Source: Rhodospirillales bacterium (GTDB taxonomy: Bacteria > Pseudomonadota > Alphaproteobacteria > Rhodospirillales > Casp-alpha2). Taken from it: a DNA stretch of 64,000 bases. Position 1 is the stretch's first letter. Every line of letters begins with the position of its first letter. This document shows positions 55,435 to 64,000 of this stretch, in pieces. The translations under genes were made by a program, and so were the position numbers. Location: contig JAVJST010000005.1 of NCBI GenBank assembly GCA_040219295.1, positions 795,557-859,556 on the forward strand. Reading direction: 5' to 3'. The notes below the pieces were generated by a model, which saw only the letters and a program-made list of their open reading frames with translations, was not told the DNA's origin and made no database searches.

Positions 55435-56667
55435 ATGTCGGTTCGTATCGAGGATCTGATGGCCCGGCGTCAGCCCGGATTTTCACTGGAACAGTCGTTT
55501 TATGTGGACGAGGGCGTGTTCCGGACGGACATGGAACGGGTCGTTCGCCCTCAATGGCTCATGGTGGATCACGTCAGCCGAATTCCGAATGCCGGCGATT
55601 ACTTCCTCTACAAGATCGGTCGCGACGAGATCATTGTCGTTCGCGGACAAGATCTCGAAGTTCGTGCGTTCTACAACGTTTGCCGCCACCGCGGATCGCG
55701 GATCTGCCGGGCTGAAGAAGGCAATATACGTCTGCTGAGCTGCCCCTATCATGCCTGGAGCTACGATCTCAAAGGTGCCTTGCGTTCGGCGCGGCTCATG
55801 CCGGAGGACTTCGATCCGTCGTCGTATGGCCTGCATCGCTGCAATCTTCAGGTCGCCGAAGGGATGATTTTCATCAACCTCAGCGACAATCCGCCGGACT
55901 TCGAGGCCTTCATCGGTCCACTCCGGCCCTACATGAAATTGCACGGCATTGCGGAAGCGAAGATCGCTCACCGAGGCGCCTATCCGACCGATGCAAACTG
56001 GAAGCTCGTACTCGAAAACTTTTTCGAATGCTACCACTGCCAGCCGGCGCACAAGGAGTATTGCCAGGTCCATTCGCCGGGTTACGTGCTGGCGTACGGG
56101 GGTGGTCGCGGGTCGGGTCCGGAGGAGGCGGAGAAGGCCTATCAGCCGGAGATGGACAAGTTCTTCGAGCGGGCGAAAGCCCTGGGCCACCCGACAGGAA
56201 GCTGGTCGGAGATTGGCGAGCAGGGCATGTTCCGCGGCTGTGACCGGATGCCGATCAAGGAAGGCTGGCTGTCGGAAACCGAGGATGGGACGCCCGCGGG
56301 CCCGCTGATGGGACAGTTCAATGACTGGGATGGCGGATACACGTCCGTGTTCTTTGGGCCGTTTTCGACGATGTTGATGACCAACGACTTCGCCACGGTG
56401 TTCAGGTTCACGCCCGTTTCGCCTCTTTACACCGAGGTCGATCTGTTCTGGCTTGTCAGCCCCGACGCCACGCCCGGCGAAAACCTCGACGTCAATAAGA
56501 TGATCTGGATGTGGGACGTGACGACCATCGCCGACAAACGGATCATTGAGGACAACCAGGCGGGGGTCCTGTCCAGCCGTTATCAGCCGGGACCGTACTC
56601 GCGCCATGAAAAGGGCGTCGAAATGCTGGTGAACTGGTACTTCGACCAACTCCGCACCGCCGCCTGA
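55435..56667 (+). CDS. Rieske [2Fe-2S] aromatic-ring-hydroxylating-type oxygenase, alpha subunit
   Basis: Rieske motifs CRHRGSRIC and CPYHAWSY, mononuclear iron motif ENFFECYHCQPAH. I prefer ATG 55435 over the track start at 55240. Confidence 0.85.
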   Translation: MSVRIEDLMARRQPGFSLEQSFYVDEGVFRTDMERVVRPQWLMVDHVSRIPNAGDYFLYKIGRDEIIVVRGQDLEVRAFYNVCRHRGSRICRAEEGNIRLLSCPYHAWSYDLKGALRSARLMPEDFDPSSYGLHRCNLQVAEGMIFINLSDNPPDFEAFIGPLRPYMKLHGIAEAKIAHRGAYPTDANWKLVLENFFECYHCQPAHKEYCQVHSPGYVLAYGGGRGSGPEEAEKAYQPEMDKFFERAKALGHPTGSWSEIGEQGMFRGCDRMPIKEGWLSETEDGTPAGPLMGQFNDWDGGYTSVFFGPFSTMLMTNDFATVFRFTPVSPLYTEVDLFWLVSPDATPGENLDVNKMIWMWDVTTIADKRIIEDNQAGVLSSRYQPGPYSRHEKGVEMLVNWYFDQLRTAA

Positions 56668-56732
56668 GCGCCCTTTGCCGGGCCGATCGAACCGGTTAGA
56701 CTCGGTCCGACCGAGCTGTCTGGAGAGTTGCA

Positions 56733-57098
56733 GTGCCATTCATCATCCGTGACGAAAGCGGCGCCATTGCTGGCGTGTTCAATCAACCTGTCGAGGGCGG
56801 CGAGGAAGTCGCCGACGATAATGCCGAGTTCGTCGAGTTTGTTCGCACCACGGCGCCCGCTGCCGAGTTCGACGAACAATGGGTCAACTCCGACCTTGGC
56901 CTCGCGCGTGTCATGGAGGATCTGATCGACATCCTGATCGAAAGGAACGTCATCAATTTCACTGACTTCCCGGATGGCGCGCAGAAGAAACTCCTGGAAC
57001 GGCGCGGCTTCCGCAAGGAGTTCGCCTATGTCGCGACACTGTTCGGCACGCCCGACGACGAGGAAGAGTCGAGCAGCGGTCAAAGCGAGTATCTCTGA
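56733..57098 (+). CDS. small acidic hypothetical protein
   Basis: 121 aa with a GTG start. It is highly acidic (DDNAEFVEF..., C-terminal PDDEEESSSGQSEYL) and ends 3 nt before the S8 protease gene. Confidence 0.5.
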   Translation: MPFIIRDESGAIAGVFNQPVEGGEEVADDNAEFVEFVRTTAPAAEFDEQWVNSDLGLARVMEDLIDILIERNVINFTDFPDGAQKKLLERRGFRKEFAYVATLFGTPDDEEESSSGQSEYL

Positions 57099-57101
57099 AG
57101 A

Positions 57102-58382
57102 ATGTGCCGCGTTGCGGCCTTCGTGATCTACATGATCGCAAGCGCGGCTGCCGGGAAGGCAACCGCCGCCGCCGACGGTACGATCGATCAGCTGCGGTCG
57201 ACCGTTGTTGCCGTCTGCGAACATGGCCTGTCGGACGCGGGTGACCTGGCCTCACCGATCGGGCCCCATACCGGTATCGAGGATCGCGGCGCCGTCGACA
57301 CGGCATTCTATCGCACGGTCACGTTCGGCGATGGCTATTGGTCGGCATCGGTTCAGTTGACGGCGTTTGCCGGGACGTTGCGCCGCGTACGGGGCGAGCT
57401 GTCCAGGAAGTTCAACTCCGGAGCGATGCTTCCCGTTCTGTTGATCGACGCCGCCGGCGACTGCGCCGTCATGCACGGGCGACGGCTTGAATACGGTAAC
57501 GACGACACGGTCGATCGGCTGGTTCATCTCGGACCCGATCTTACCGAGACAGGCGGGGTCGACGTCCTCGATCCGCCGCTGCCGGACGGACGCGACCCCG
57601 GCGGCATTGCCGTGGCGCACATCGACAGCGGCGTGAACTATGAACTTGCCCATATCGCCGAACGGCTGGCGCGCGATGCCGAGGGCAGGATTCTCGGTTT
57701 CGATTTCTGGGACATGGACGGCCGACCGTTCGATTTCGATACGTCGCGCTCACCGTTCTTTCCAATCCGACACGGCACAGCCGTTGCCAGCATTCTACTG
57801 CGTGAGGCCCCCGGCAGCAGGCTGATCCCGTTCCGCTATCCGCGGCCCGACATGAGCCGCATGGCCGACATTGTCGAGGCTGTCGCGGCAGCCGGCGCGC
57901 GGATCGTCATGATGCCGCTGGGTAGCAGATCGGCAGACGAATGGTCGGCATTCGCGAATGCCGCGCGGCGCCATCCGGGCATGTTGTTCGTGGTGTCGGC
58001 CGGAAACGAAGGACGGAACATCGATGAACAGCCGCTCTACCCGGCATCATTCGAGCTTGAGAACCTCGTCGTCGTCACTTCGTCGGACGGTTTCGGAAGG
58101 TTGGCGCCGGGATCGAACTGGGGAACCGGCGCCGTCGATCTGATGGTTCCCGGTGAGAAGGTTCCGACGACGGATCACCGCGGCGCCACGGTTAATGCGT
58201 CCGGGTCGAGCTTCGCCGTTCCGCGAATCGCGGCCCTGAGCGCGCGGCTACTGGCGCGTCACCCCGACTGGCAGGCGCCGGAGCTTATCGAAGCCTTGAA
58301 GGCGCGCAGCGGGACGCCGATGGAACGCGGCGGATCGCCGGTGCGCTGGGGATGGATTCCGAACCCGGCGGACGACGGCTAG
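57102..58382 (+). CDS. S8 (subtilisin-like) serine peptidase
   Basis: Catalytic residues are in place: D in AHIDSGVNY, H in RHGTAVASI, oxyanion N in SAGNEG, S in SGSSFAVPRIAA. The N-terminus is hydrophobic. Confidence 0.8.
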   Translation: MCRVAAFVIYMIASAAAGKATAAADGTIDQLRSTVVAVCEHGLSDAGDLASPIGPHTGIEDRGAVDTAFYRTVTFGDGYWSASVQLTAFAGTLRRVRGELSRKFNSGAMLPVLLIDAAGDCAVMHGRRLEYGNDDTVDRLVHLGPDLTETGGVDVLDPPLPDGRDPGGIAVAHIDSGVNYELAHIAERLARDAEGRILGFDFWDMDGRPFDFDTSRSPFFPIRHGTAVASILLREAPGSRLIPFRYPRPDMSRMADIVEAVAAAGARIVMMPLGSRSADEWSAFANAARRHPGMLFVVSAGNEGRNIDEQPLYPASFELENLVVVTSSDGFGRLAPGSNWGTGAVDLMVPGEKVPTTDHRGATVNASGSSFAVPRIAALSARLLARHPDWQAPELIEALKARSGTPMERGGSPVRWGWIPNPADDG

Positions 58383-59497
58383 CGGGGCTCGGGCCGGGGT
58401 GGCGGCGCCTCGATGAACCTTTCCGCCATCGACACCAGATTGGGGTTGGTCCGTCGCAGGGTTTCGAGCGCCGCTCGCGCCATTTCGGTATCGCCCGCCC
58501 AGGTGCCGGCCTGAATGGCGAGGCGCACGACCTGCGGGTCCTCGGGGATATGTTCCAGCAGGAACCGCAAGTGTGGCAGTTCGTCCTCATAGCGTGCCGC
58601 GATGTGGTAGGTCGTGGCCAGCCCGAGCCGGCCGTTGAGTGTATGTGGATCTTGCTCCAGCGAAGCCTCGAAGAGTGCGATCGATTCGTCGAACAGGCCG
58701 CGCGTTCCCAGGGCCTGCGCGGCATTGTCGAAGTACTGACGGTTGCCCGTTCGGCGGCACGCCGTGGCAACGGCTTTGGCGTCTTGCGGCGTCATCGCGG
58801 CGGCGGGATCGCGAAACGCGTCGAGCGTCAGGGTGCAGATGCGGATTGCGGCATCGATCTCCGCATCCTGGTCGACAAAATCTTGACCGCTCATCTCCCG
58901 AAGGGTGGCAATGGTTGTCGCCGGGATGGCTTCGTCGCGGCCCTCGCCGCCGGAGGCGATGATCGCCATCAAACGCCCCGCATCGTCGACCAGCGCGCCG
59001 CCGCTGTTGCCCGGCTGGCTGTAGGCGGAATGGTGCAGGCGGGCAAGCGGCTTTCCCGGCGCCGGCAACAGGGTCACGGTTCCCGGATCGTAGGCCCGGA
59101 CCGTACCGAACGAGACGTCGACACCGATCGTGAAGAGTGTTGCGTCGGGATCAATCTCGGAGACCTCCAGGACTGGTCCGGGCGGCAGGTCATAAGCGTG
59201 CAGCAAGACGATATCGCCCGGGTAGGCGCTCGGTACCGGGATCGCCCTGGTCCGGGTTCCGTTCGGCAGGAACACGACGACCTCGTCGCTGTCGGCAATC
59301 ACGTGCCGGGCACTGACCAGCATTTCTTCACCGATCCGGACGGCGCTGCCCACCGGATCAAACGCTGATATGGGGAAGACTGCCGCTCGGGCGTCGCAGA
59401 CGGGCGCCGGTGCGGTGCACGTCGGCTGTTGCGCCCGGGCGGGCAACAGAACCAGCAGACATACAGCGAAAGACAGGAACAGTCTCATGATCACCAT
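58379..59497 (-). CDS. secreted trypsin-like (S1) serine protease fused to C-terminal TPR repeats
   Basis: Signal peptide LFLSFAVCLLVLLPARA|QQ. Triad contexts are SARHVIAD, GDIVLLH and GNSGGALVD. The C-terminal ~170 aa have TPR-like helical repeats. Confidence 0.75.
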   Translation of the reverse strand: MVIMRLFLSFAVCLLVLLPARAQQPTCTAPAPVCDARAAVFPISAFDPVGSAVRIGEEMLVSARHVIADSDEVVVFLPNGTRTRAIPVPSAYPGDIVLLHAYDLPPGPVLEVSEIDPDATLFTIGVDVSFGTVRAYDPGTVTLLPAPGKPLARLHHSAYSQPGNSGGALVDDAGRLMAIIASGGEGRDEAIPATTIATLREMSGQDFVDQDAEIDAAIRICTLTLDAFRDPAAAMTPQDAKAVATACRRTGNRQYFDNAAQALGTRGLFDESIALFEASLEQDPHTLNGRLGLATTYHIAARYEDELPHLRFLLEHIPEDPQVVRLAIQAGTWAGDTEMARAALETLRRTNPNLVSMAERFIEAPPPRPEPR

Positions 59498-59584
59498 CCT
59501 GACGCCGGCGACGCGGAGCGCAAGGCCGGTTTACGCCTGTGTGGGCGTGGACTAGCCTCTCCGGGTGCCGACGTCTGAACGGAG

Positions 59585-60307
59585 GTGTTTCGCTTGATCC
59601 CACTGACGGCCATTGCGCGATGGGCGGCCTTTGCCTTTTCGGTCGCGGTCCTCATGACAGGCCAGGCGGAGGCTGAACATGCCGAGACTGCGTGGGCCAA
59701 GGCCTCACCGTCGGTCGTGTCGGTGTTGCCGACATGGCCAGGATACGACAAGCCCGGTTTCGGCGCACCCATCGGTACCGCACCGGAGGGGTCAGGCGTC
59801 GCGGTGCTTGAGCCCGGCTTGATCCTCACGGCGGCGCACGTCGTGGTGAAGGCGACATCTGTCCAGGTGCGCGACAGCAAAGGATCGATCTACGACGCTG
59901 AAATCCTGGCAATTGACGGTGCCGCCGACCTCGCCCTTCTGCGGACACCCGTGCCAGTTCCGCCCATTGTTTTGGCGGTGGACCGGCCCTCGCCGGGGGT
60001 GCATGCCTGCATCATCGCCAATGCCTTTGGGCTCGGGCTGTCGATCACCTGCGGGGTGGTATCCGCCGAGCGCCAAAGCGGCATCGGGTTCAATCCGCTC
60101 GAGGATTTCATCCAGACCGATGCGGCGGCCAACCCGGGATCCTCCGGTGGCGCGCTGGTCAACGACGAGGGCGAACTGACCGGTCTGCTCAGCGCCATCT
60201 TCACCAAGGAATCGGATGCCAACGCCGGCGTCAATTTCGCGGCGTCTGCGGATCTCCTGCGCGAACGTTTGCCGCGCCTGATGAAACGTGCCGGGCTGAC
60301 GGACTGA
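59585..60307 (+). CDS. secreted trypsin-like (S1) serine protease without a PDZ domain
   Basis: Signal peptide AFAFSVAVLMTGQAEA|EH. Triad contexts are TAAHVV, ADLALLR and NPGSSGGALVN. The start is uncertain (GTG 59585 or TTG 59594). Confidence 0.75.
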   Translation: MFRLIPLTAIARWAAFAFSVAVLMTGQAEAEHAETAWAKASPSVVSVLPTWPGYDKPGFGAPIGTAPEGSGVAVLEPGLILTAAHVVVKATSVQVRDSKGSIYDAEILAIDGAADLALLRTPVPVPPIVLAVDRPSPGVHACIIANAFGLGLSITCGVVSAERQSGIGFNPLEDFIQTDAAANPGSSGGALVNDEGELTGLLSAIFTKESDANAGVNFAASADLLRERLPRLMKRAGLTD

Positions 60308-60311
60308 GCGA

Positions 60312-61418
60312 TCAGCCGGCGAGGGCGTCGGCCCGAGTCTTCATGATACGTTCAATCGCGGCGGCGAGATGCTCCGTGTGTTCCGGCATGTAGCCGATCG
60401 GATCGTCCAGCATGGCGTCCTCGTTCAAGACCCCTTCTAGGGTCGTGTGCAGGCAGTACGCGGCATAGCTGATTGCGTAACCGCCTTCCTGGACCAGCAC
60501 GAGTTTGCCGCCCGCAAGCTCGTCCGCGAGACCGCGGGCGCGGCGGCCAAGCTCGCGGAACCCGGCCATAGTCACCGTCTGGCGACCGTTGGGGTCGAAC
60601 TGGCTGGCGTCCTGGCCGGCGGCGATGAACACGATCTCGGGTGCAAACAAGCGGACCGCCGGAGCGACGATCTCGTCGAAGGCCCGCGTATAGGCGGTAT
60701 CGCCGCTTCCGTAGGGCAATGGCACATTGAGGTTGGCGCCTTTACCTGCGCCGCTGCCGATCTCATCAGCACCCCCTGTTTGGGTGTGCGTCGGACCCCA
60801 GGCGCCGTGGTCCATGTGCACCGAGACGGTCAGCACGTCAGGATCGGTATAGAAACCCTCCTGCGTGCCGTTACCGTGATGCACGTCCCAATCGATAACG
60901 CAGGCCCGCTTCATCCCTTTTCGGCGCAGGACCTCGATGGCGACGCCGATATTGTTGACGAAACAATAGCCGTCGGTCATCGCCGGTTGCGCGTGGTGAC
61001 CCGGGGGGCGGGCCATCGCATAGGCGATATCGCCAGTTCCGCTCCAGACATGATCGGCGGCTGCGACGGCGAGCCCGGCCGCGGTCTTGATGACGGGCCA
61101 GCTGCCGGGTCCGAACACCGTGGTGCCGGTTGAGCGGTTGCCCTGATCGGCCGGGATCGCTGCGAGTTTGGCGATATAATCGGCGTCGTGGAATAGGGTC
61201 AACTGGTCGTCGCCCGCCGGCGGTGCGCAGTGCCAGTCAAGCCGGCCCGCGATTGGCCCGCGGCGCAGGACGGATTCCATGTTGCGTATCCGTTCGCCAT
61301 TTTCCGGATGGCGTTCGGCAACGTCCAGATAGGGTGATGGCGGGCCTTCGAACAACCCGGTACCGGTGTCGTGGTCGAATACCCTGGCGTCGAAAAATAC
61401 GGCTATACGGTCGGTCAT
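60312..61418 (-). CDS. histone deacetylase-family amidohydrolase (acetylpolyamine/acetoin-utilisation type)
   Basis: RPPGHHA, GYCFVNN, DWDVHHGNGTQ and the GGY motif. Confidence 0.85.
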   Translation of the reverse strand: MTDRIAVFFDARVFDHDTGTGLFEGPPSPYLDVAERHPENGERIRNMESVLRRGPIAGRLDWHCAPPAGDDQLTLFHDADYIAKLAAIPADQGNRSTGTTVFGPGSWPVIKTAAGLAVAAADHVWSGTGDIAYAMARPPGHHAQPAMTDGYCFVNNIGVAIEVLRRKGMKRACVIDWDVHHGNGTQEGFYTDPDVLTVSVHMDHGAWGPTHTQTGGADEIGSGAGKGANLNVPLPYGSGDTAYTRAFDEIVAPAVRLFAPEIVFIAAGQDASQFDPNGRQTVTMAGFRELGRRARGLADELAGGKLVLVQEGGYAISYAAYCLHTTLEGVLNEDAMLDDPIGYMPEHTEHLAAAIERIMKTRADALAG

Positions 61419-61531
61419 CGCGGGCTCCCTGCGGCATGGTTCGGATTGTCACATTTCGGATCGTTGCTTCACGAATACGCGCCACCTAACCTCGCAGCAA
61501 TATCAAGAATCTGACAGCTTGGAGGCCACCT

Positions 61532-62773
61532 GTGGGACACAACCGAGACTTAGCCCTCGAGACCTGCCATCCGGAGATGGAGCTTGCCTTCCCGGTTGCG
61601 GAGTACGAGGCGCGCCTGCGACGCATTCGCGAACGCATGGATCGCGACGGCATCGATCTCCTGTGGCTGATGGCGCCCGAGAGCTTGCACTACGTCAGCG
61701 GCTACAAGTGCGAATGGTACCAGGCGCAGGGGCCCAAGCAGTGGCCGGCGACCAGCGGTATTGCGGTTCACCGCGACCATGACCGGTTCATTCTGTTCGA
61801 TACCCCGAGCGAGAAGATCATGTGCCGGTTCGTCACGTGTTCGAAGGACACGCGAATCTTCCCGATGGGCACGCGCCGCGACGGCATCGCCTTCATTATC
61901 GACGAACTGAAGGCCGAGGGTTGGCTTGCCGGAACCGTTGGTATGGAGTTCTTCAGCTACCGCCCGAATCCGGCGATCTCCAAACGGTTTCAGGCGGCGT
62001 TCGAGGGGGCGGGGATGAACGTCGCGGATGGCAGCGACGTATTGCGGGAGCTGCGCTGGATCAAATCCGATGCTGAGATCGCGCTCATGGAGAAGGCGGC
62101 CGGGATCACCGATATCGGCCTCGAGGCGGCGCGCAAGGCGATCAGGCCCGGCGTGACGGAACTCGACGTCTACGGCGAGATCATTCACGCCATGGCCAAG
62201 GCCGGCGGCGAGAACCCGGCGATCACGCTGCCAGTGCTGTCGGGGCCCAAGGCCAACACCGGCCATTCCCTCGCCAGCCGACGTATCATCCGGTCGGGTG
62301 AACAGGTCAATGTCGACGTCAGCGGCGTGGTTGAGCGTTACCACTGCAACGCAGCACGCGCCTTTCACGTCGGCGAACCGGCGAAGGACGTTCTCGATTT
62401 CCACCGCAAAGCGGCCGGCGTGTTCGATGTCATCGCCGGGATGCTGCGTCCGGGACTACCGGTTGCCGAACTGGTGACGGCGGCCAGGACCTATTACGAG
62501 GATGCCGGGATCTGGACGGACGCCTGCTGGGTTGGCGGTTACGAGTTGGGTATCGGGTTCCCGCCCGACTGGGTTGGCAACTACGTTTACGAGATGTCCG
62601 ATACCGACACCGATAAGGTGTTCGAGCCGGGCACGGTGGTGAACTTCGAGAGTCAGTTCTTCTCGCCGCGCATGACCGGCATCACCTACTACATCGATAC
62701 GCTGATGTTCAAGAAGGACACCGCGTATCAGCCGGTCAAGGCGCCACTCGATCTCGTCATCGTTGGCGAATGA
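61532..62773 (+). CDS. M24-family metallopeptidase/hydrolase (creatinase-like), paralogue of 14630-15781
   Basis: Creatinase N-domain plus pita-bread domain (IKSDAEIALMEKAAG...FEPGTVVNFE). GTG 61532 lies 6 nt after GGAGG. Confidence 0.8.
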   Translation: MGHNRDLALETCHPEMELAFPVAEYEARLRRIRERMDRDGIDLLWLMAPESLHYVSGYKCEWYQAQGPKQWPATSGIAVHRDHDRFILFDTPSEKIMCRFVTCSKDTRIFPMGTRRDGIAFIIDELKAEGWLAGTVGMEFFSYRPNPAISKRFQAAFEGAGMNVADGSDVLRELRWIKSDAEIALMEKAAGITDIGLEAARKAIRPGVTELDVYGEIIHAMAKAGGENPAITLPVLSGPKANTGHSLASRRIIRSGEQVNVDVSGVVERYHCNAARAFHVGEPAKDVLDFHRKAAGVFDVIAGMLRPGLPVAELVTAARTYYEDAGIWTDACWVGGYELGIGFPPDWVGNYVYEMSDTDTDKVFEPGTVVNFESQFFSPRMTGITYYIDTLMFKKDTAYQPVKAPLDLVIVGE

Positions 62774-62782
62774 TCCGCAGCA

Positions 62783-64000
62783 CTATCCGCGGCGGACCTG
62801 GTCGAGGAACTTGTCGACTTCCTGCCTGAGGGACGCGGATTGATCCGACAATTTGCTGGCCGCGGCCAGAAGCGAACTCGCCTGGTTTCCGACCTCGCCG
62901 ATGGATGACGATACGCTGGTGATGTTGCCTGAGACACCCTTTGTTGCGGATGACGCGTTCTCGGCACTGTTGGCGATCTCGGAAACTGCGGCGCCCTGTT
63001 CCTCCATAGCGGCCGCAAGAGCAGAGCTGATCTCATCGATTTCGCCGATCGTGGTGCCGATACTCTCGATGGCGTTGACCGCGTTCTCAGTCGCTTTCTG
63101 AATGCCGCCGACCTGATTGGATATGTCCTCCGTCGCCTTTGCAGTCTGGTTGGCCAGACTCTTGACTTCGGAAGCGACAACGGCAAAACCCTTGCCCGCC
63201 TCACCGGCGCGTGCTGCCTCGATTGTCGCATTCAGCGCCAGCAGGTTGGTTTGCTCCGCGATGTCTGTGATCAGGGCCACGACTTCACCGATCTTGTTGG
63301 CGGCTGTGGCGAGATCCTTGACCTCGGCGTTGGTGCTTTCCGCCTGGCGAACTGCGTTGGTCGCGATCTGGGAGGCCCGGTCTACCTGCTGCGTTATCTC
63401 TGAGATCGAGCTCGTCAGTTCCTCGGCGGCGGTGGCGACGGTCGATACGCTCTCACTTGCAGTTTCGGAGTCCGAGTTCACCGTACTGGCTTTGCCGCCC
63501 GCGTCTTTGGCGACGTCGACCATGGATTGTGCCGACGACTTCATATCGTCCGACGCCGTTGTCAGGGAAGAAACGAAGCCGCCGACGCTGGCCTCGAACG
63601 TATCGGCCAGCTTGTCCATCTGGGCGCGTTTTTCCTGTTCGGAGCGTTGCGCGGCATTCGCCTGTTCCTTCTCGAGCCTGATCCGTTCGATAGCTCCGTC
63701 CTTGAAGACTTGCACGGCTTGGGCGATCTGGCCGATTTCGTCGGTCTGATCTCTGGCAGGCACTTCAATCGTCGTGTCGCCATCCGCGAGTTTCGCCATG
63801 ACAGCGGTGATTCGATTCAACGGGTTGATGATACTGCGGCCAATAACGAACAGGGCGCCGGAAACAACGATCAAGGAAACGATCAAGGCGATAAGCGTGA
63901 CGTTCGCTCCGGTCGCCAATGCACCACGCAGATTCTCGACGGCTACGGCGCTGCTCCGATTGGCTTCCTCTTCGTACTGCTCAAGGAGTTCATCCATCGT
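62783..64000 (-). CDS. methyl-accepting chemotaxis protein, C-terminal ~405 aa (probably continues beyond the right edge)
   Basis: TM2 plus HAMP ([21 protein letters not shown]), then the signalling hairpin [31 protein letters not shown]. The sequence before TM2 looks like the end of a periplasmic domain, so the true N-terminus is likely outside the window. Confidence 0.85.
   Translation of the reverse strand, partial: TMDELLEQYEEEANRSSAVAVENLRGALATGANVTLIALIVSLIVVSGALFVIGRSIINPLNRITAVMAKLADGDTTIEVPARDQTDEIGQIAQAVQVFKDGAIERIRLEKEQANAAQRSEQEKRAQMDKLADTFEASVGGFVSSLTTASDDMKSSAQSMVDVAKDAGGKASTVNSDSETASESVSTVATAAEELTSSISEITQQVDRASQIATNAVRQAESTNAEVKDLATAANKIGEVVALITDIAEQTNLLALNATIEAARAGEAGKGFAVVASEVKSLANQTAKATEDISNQVGGIQKATENAVNAIESIGTTIGEIDEISSALAAAMEEQGAAVSEIANSAENASSATKGVSGNITSVSSSIGEVGNQASSLLAAASKLSDQSASLRQEVDKFLDQVRRG

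Noticed and set aside
55483-56739. Long antisense ORFs opposite well-supported genes. Examples are 55483-56739 (418 aa), 40841-41881 (346 aa), 12658-13833 (391 aa), 20647-21528, 35847-36770, 58352-59368, 61550-62404, 11219-12049 and 24526-25191.
   Set aside because: In each case the opposite strand encodes a protein with clear family motifs. The shadow ORFs are Arg/Gly/Pro-rich with no recognisable motifs, as expected for stop-poor antisense frames in GC-rich DNA.

Overview
GC-rich (about 60-65% by eye, not computed), densely packed chromosomal window. Gene content and order look alphaproteobacterial: prs-rplY-pth-ychF, petABC, lgt, hemF, and DUF1285-NUDIX-cca divergent from moxR. This taxonomic placement is inference only. 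I support about 68 protein-coding genes, including two truncated at the edges (ilvE on the left, an MCP on the right), plus a few hairpin terminators and candidate operators. I saw no rRNA, tRNA, CRISPR array, IS element or integrase.

Most genes are housekeeping: the bc1 complex, proline, PRPP, methionine salvage, translation factors, a Liv-type ABC importer and two-component systems.

The most system-like locus is at 4.4-7.0 kb. It is a translationally coupled four-gene operon encoding a small Sec-exported 4-Cys DUF2282 peptide, a DUF692 (MNIO) enzyme, a DUF2063 partner and a DoxX membrane protein. This is a bufferin-type RiPP (ribosomally made, modified peptide) metallophore cassette sitting among core genes with no adjacent metal sensor.

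Other loci worth a second look:
- Two tandem paralogous lipoproteins sharing an uncharacterised GAPGDGN domain. One has two copies separated by a roughly 315-aa Pro/Glu/Ala-rich linker.
- A tightly coupled MoxR-DUF58-BatA_N/DUF4159-membrane protein module.
- A cluster of three secreted serine proteases (S8, S1-TPR, S1) behind a small acidic protein.
- A glnK-less Amt operon with a sigma-54-like promoter next to a PAS hybrid kinase and LuxR regulator pair.
- Twin perfect palindromes in the phasin promoter.

All family assignments come from motif recognition by eye. No HMM or BLAST search was run.
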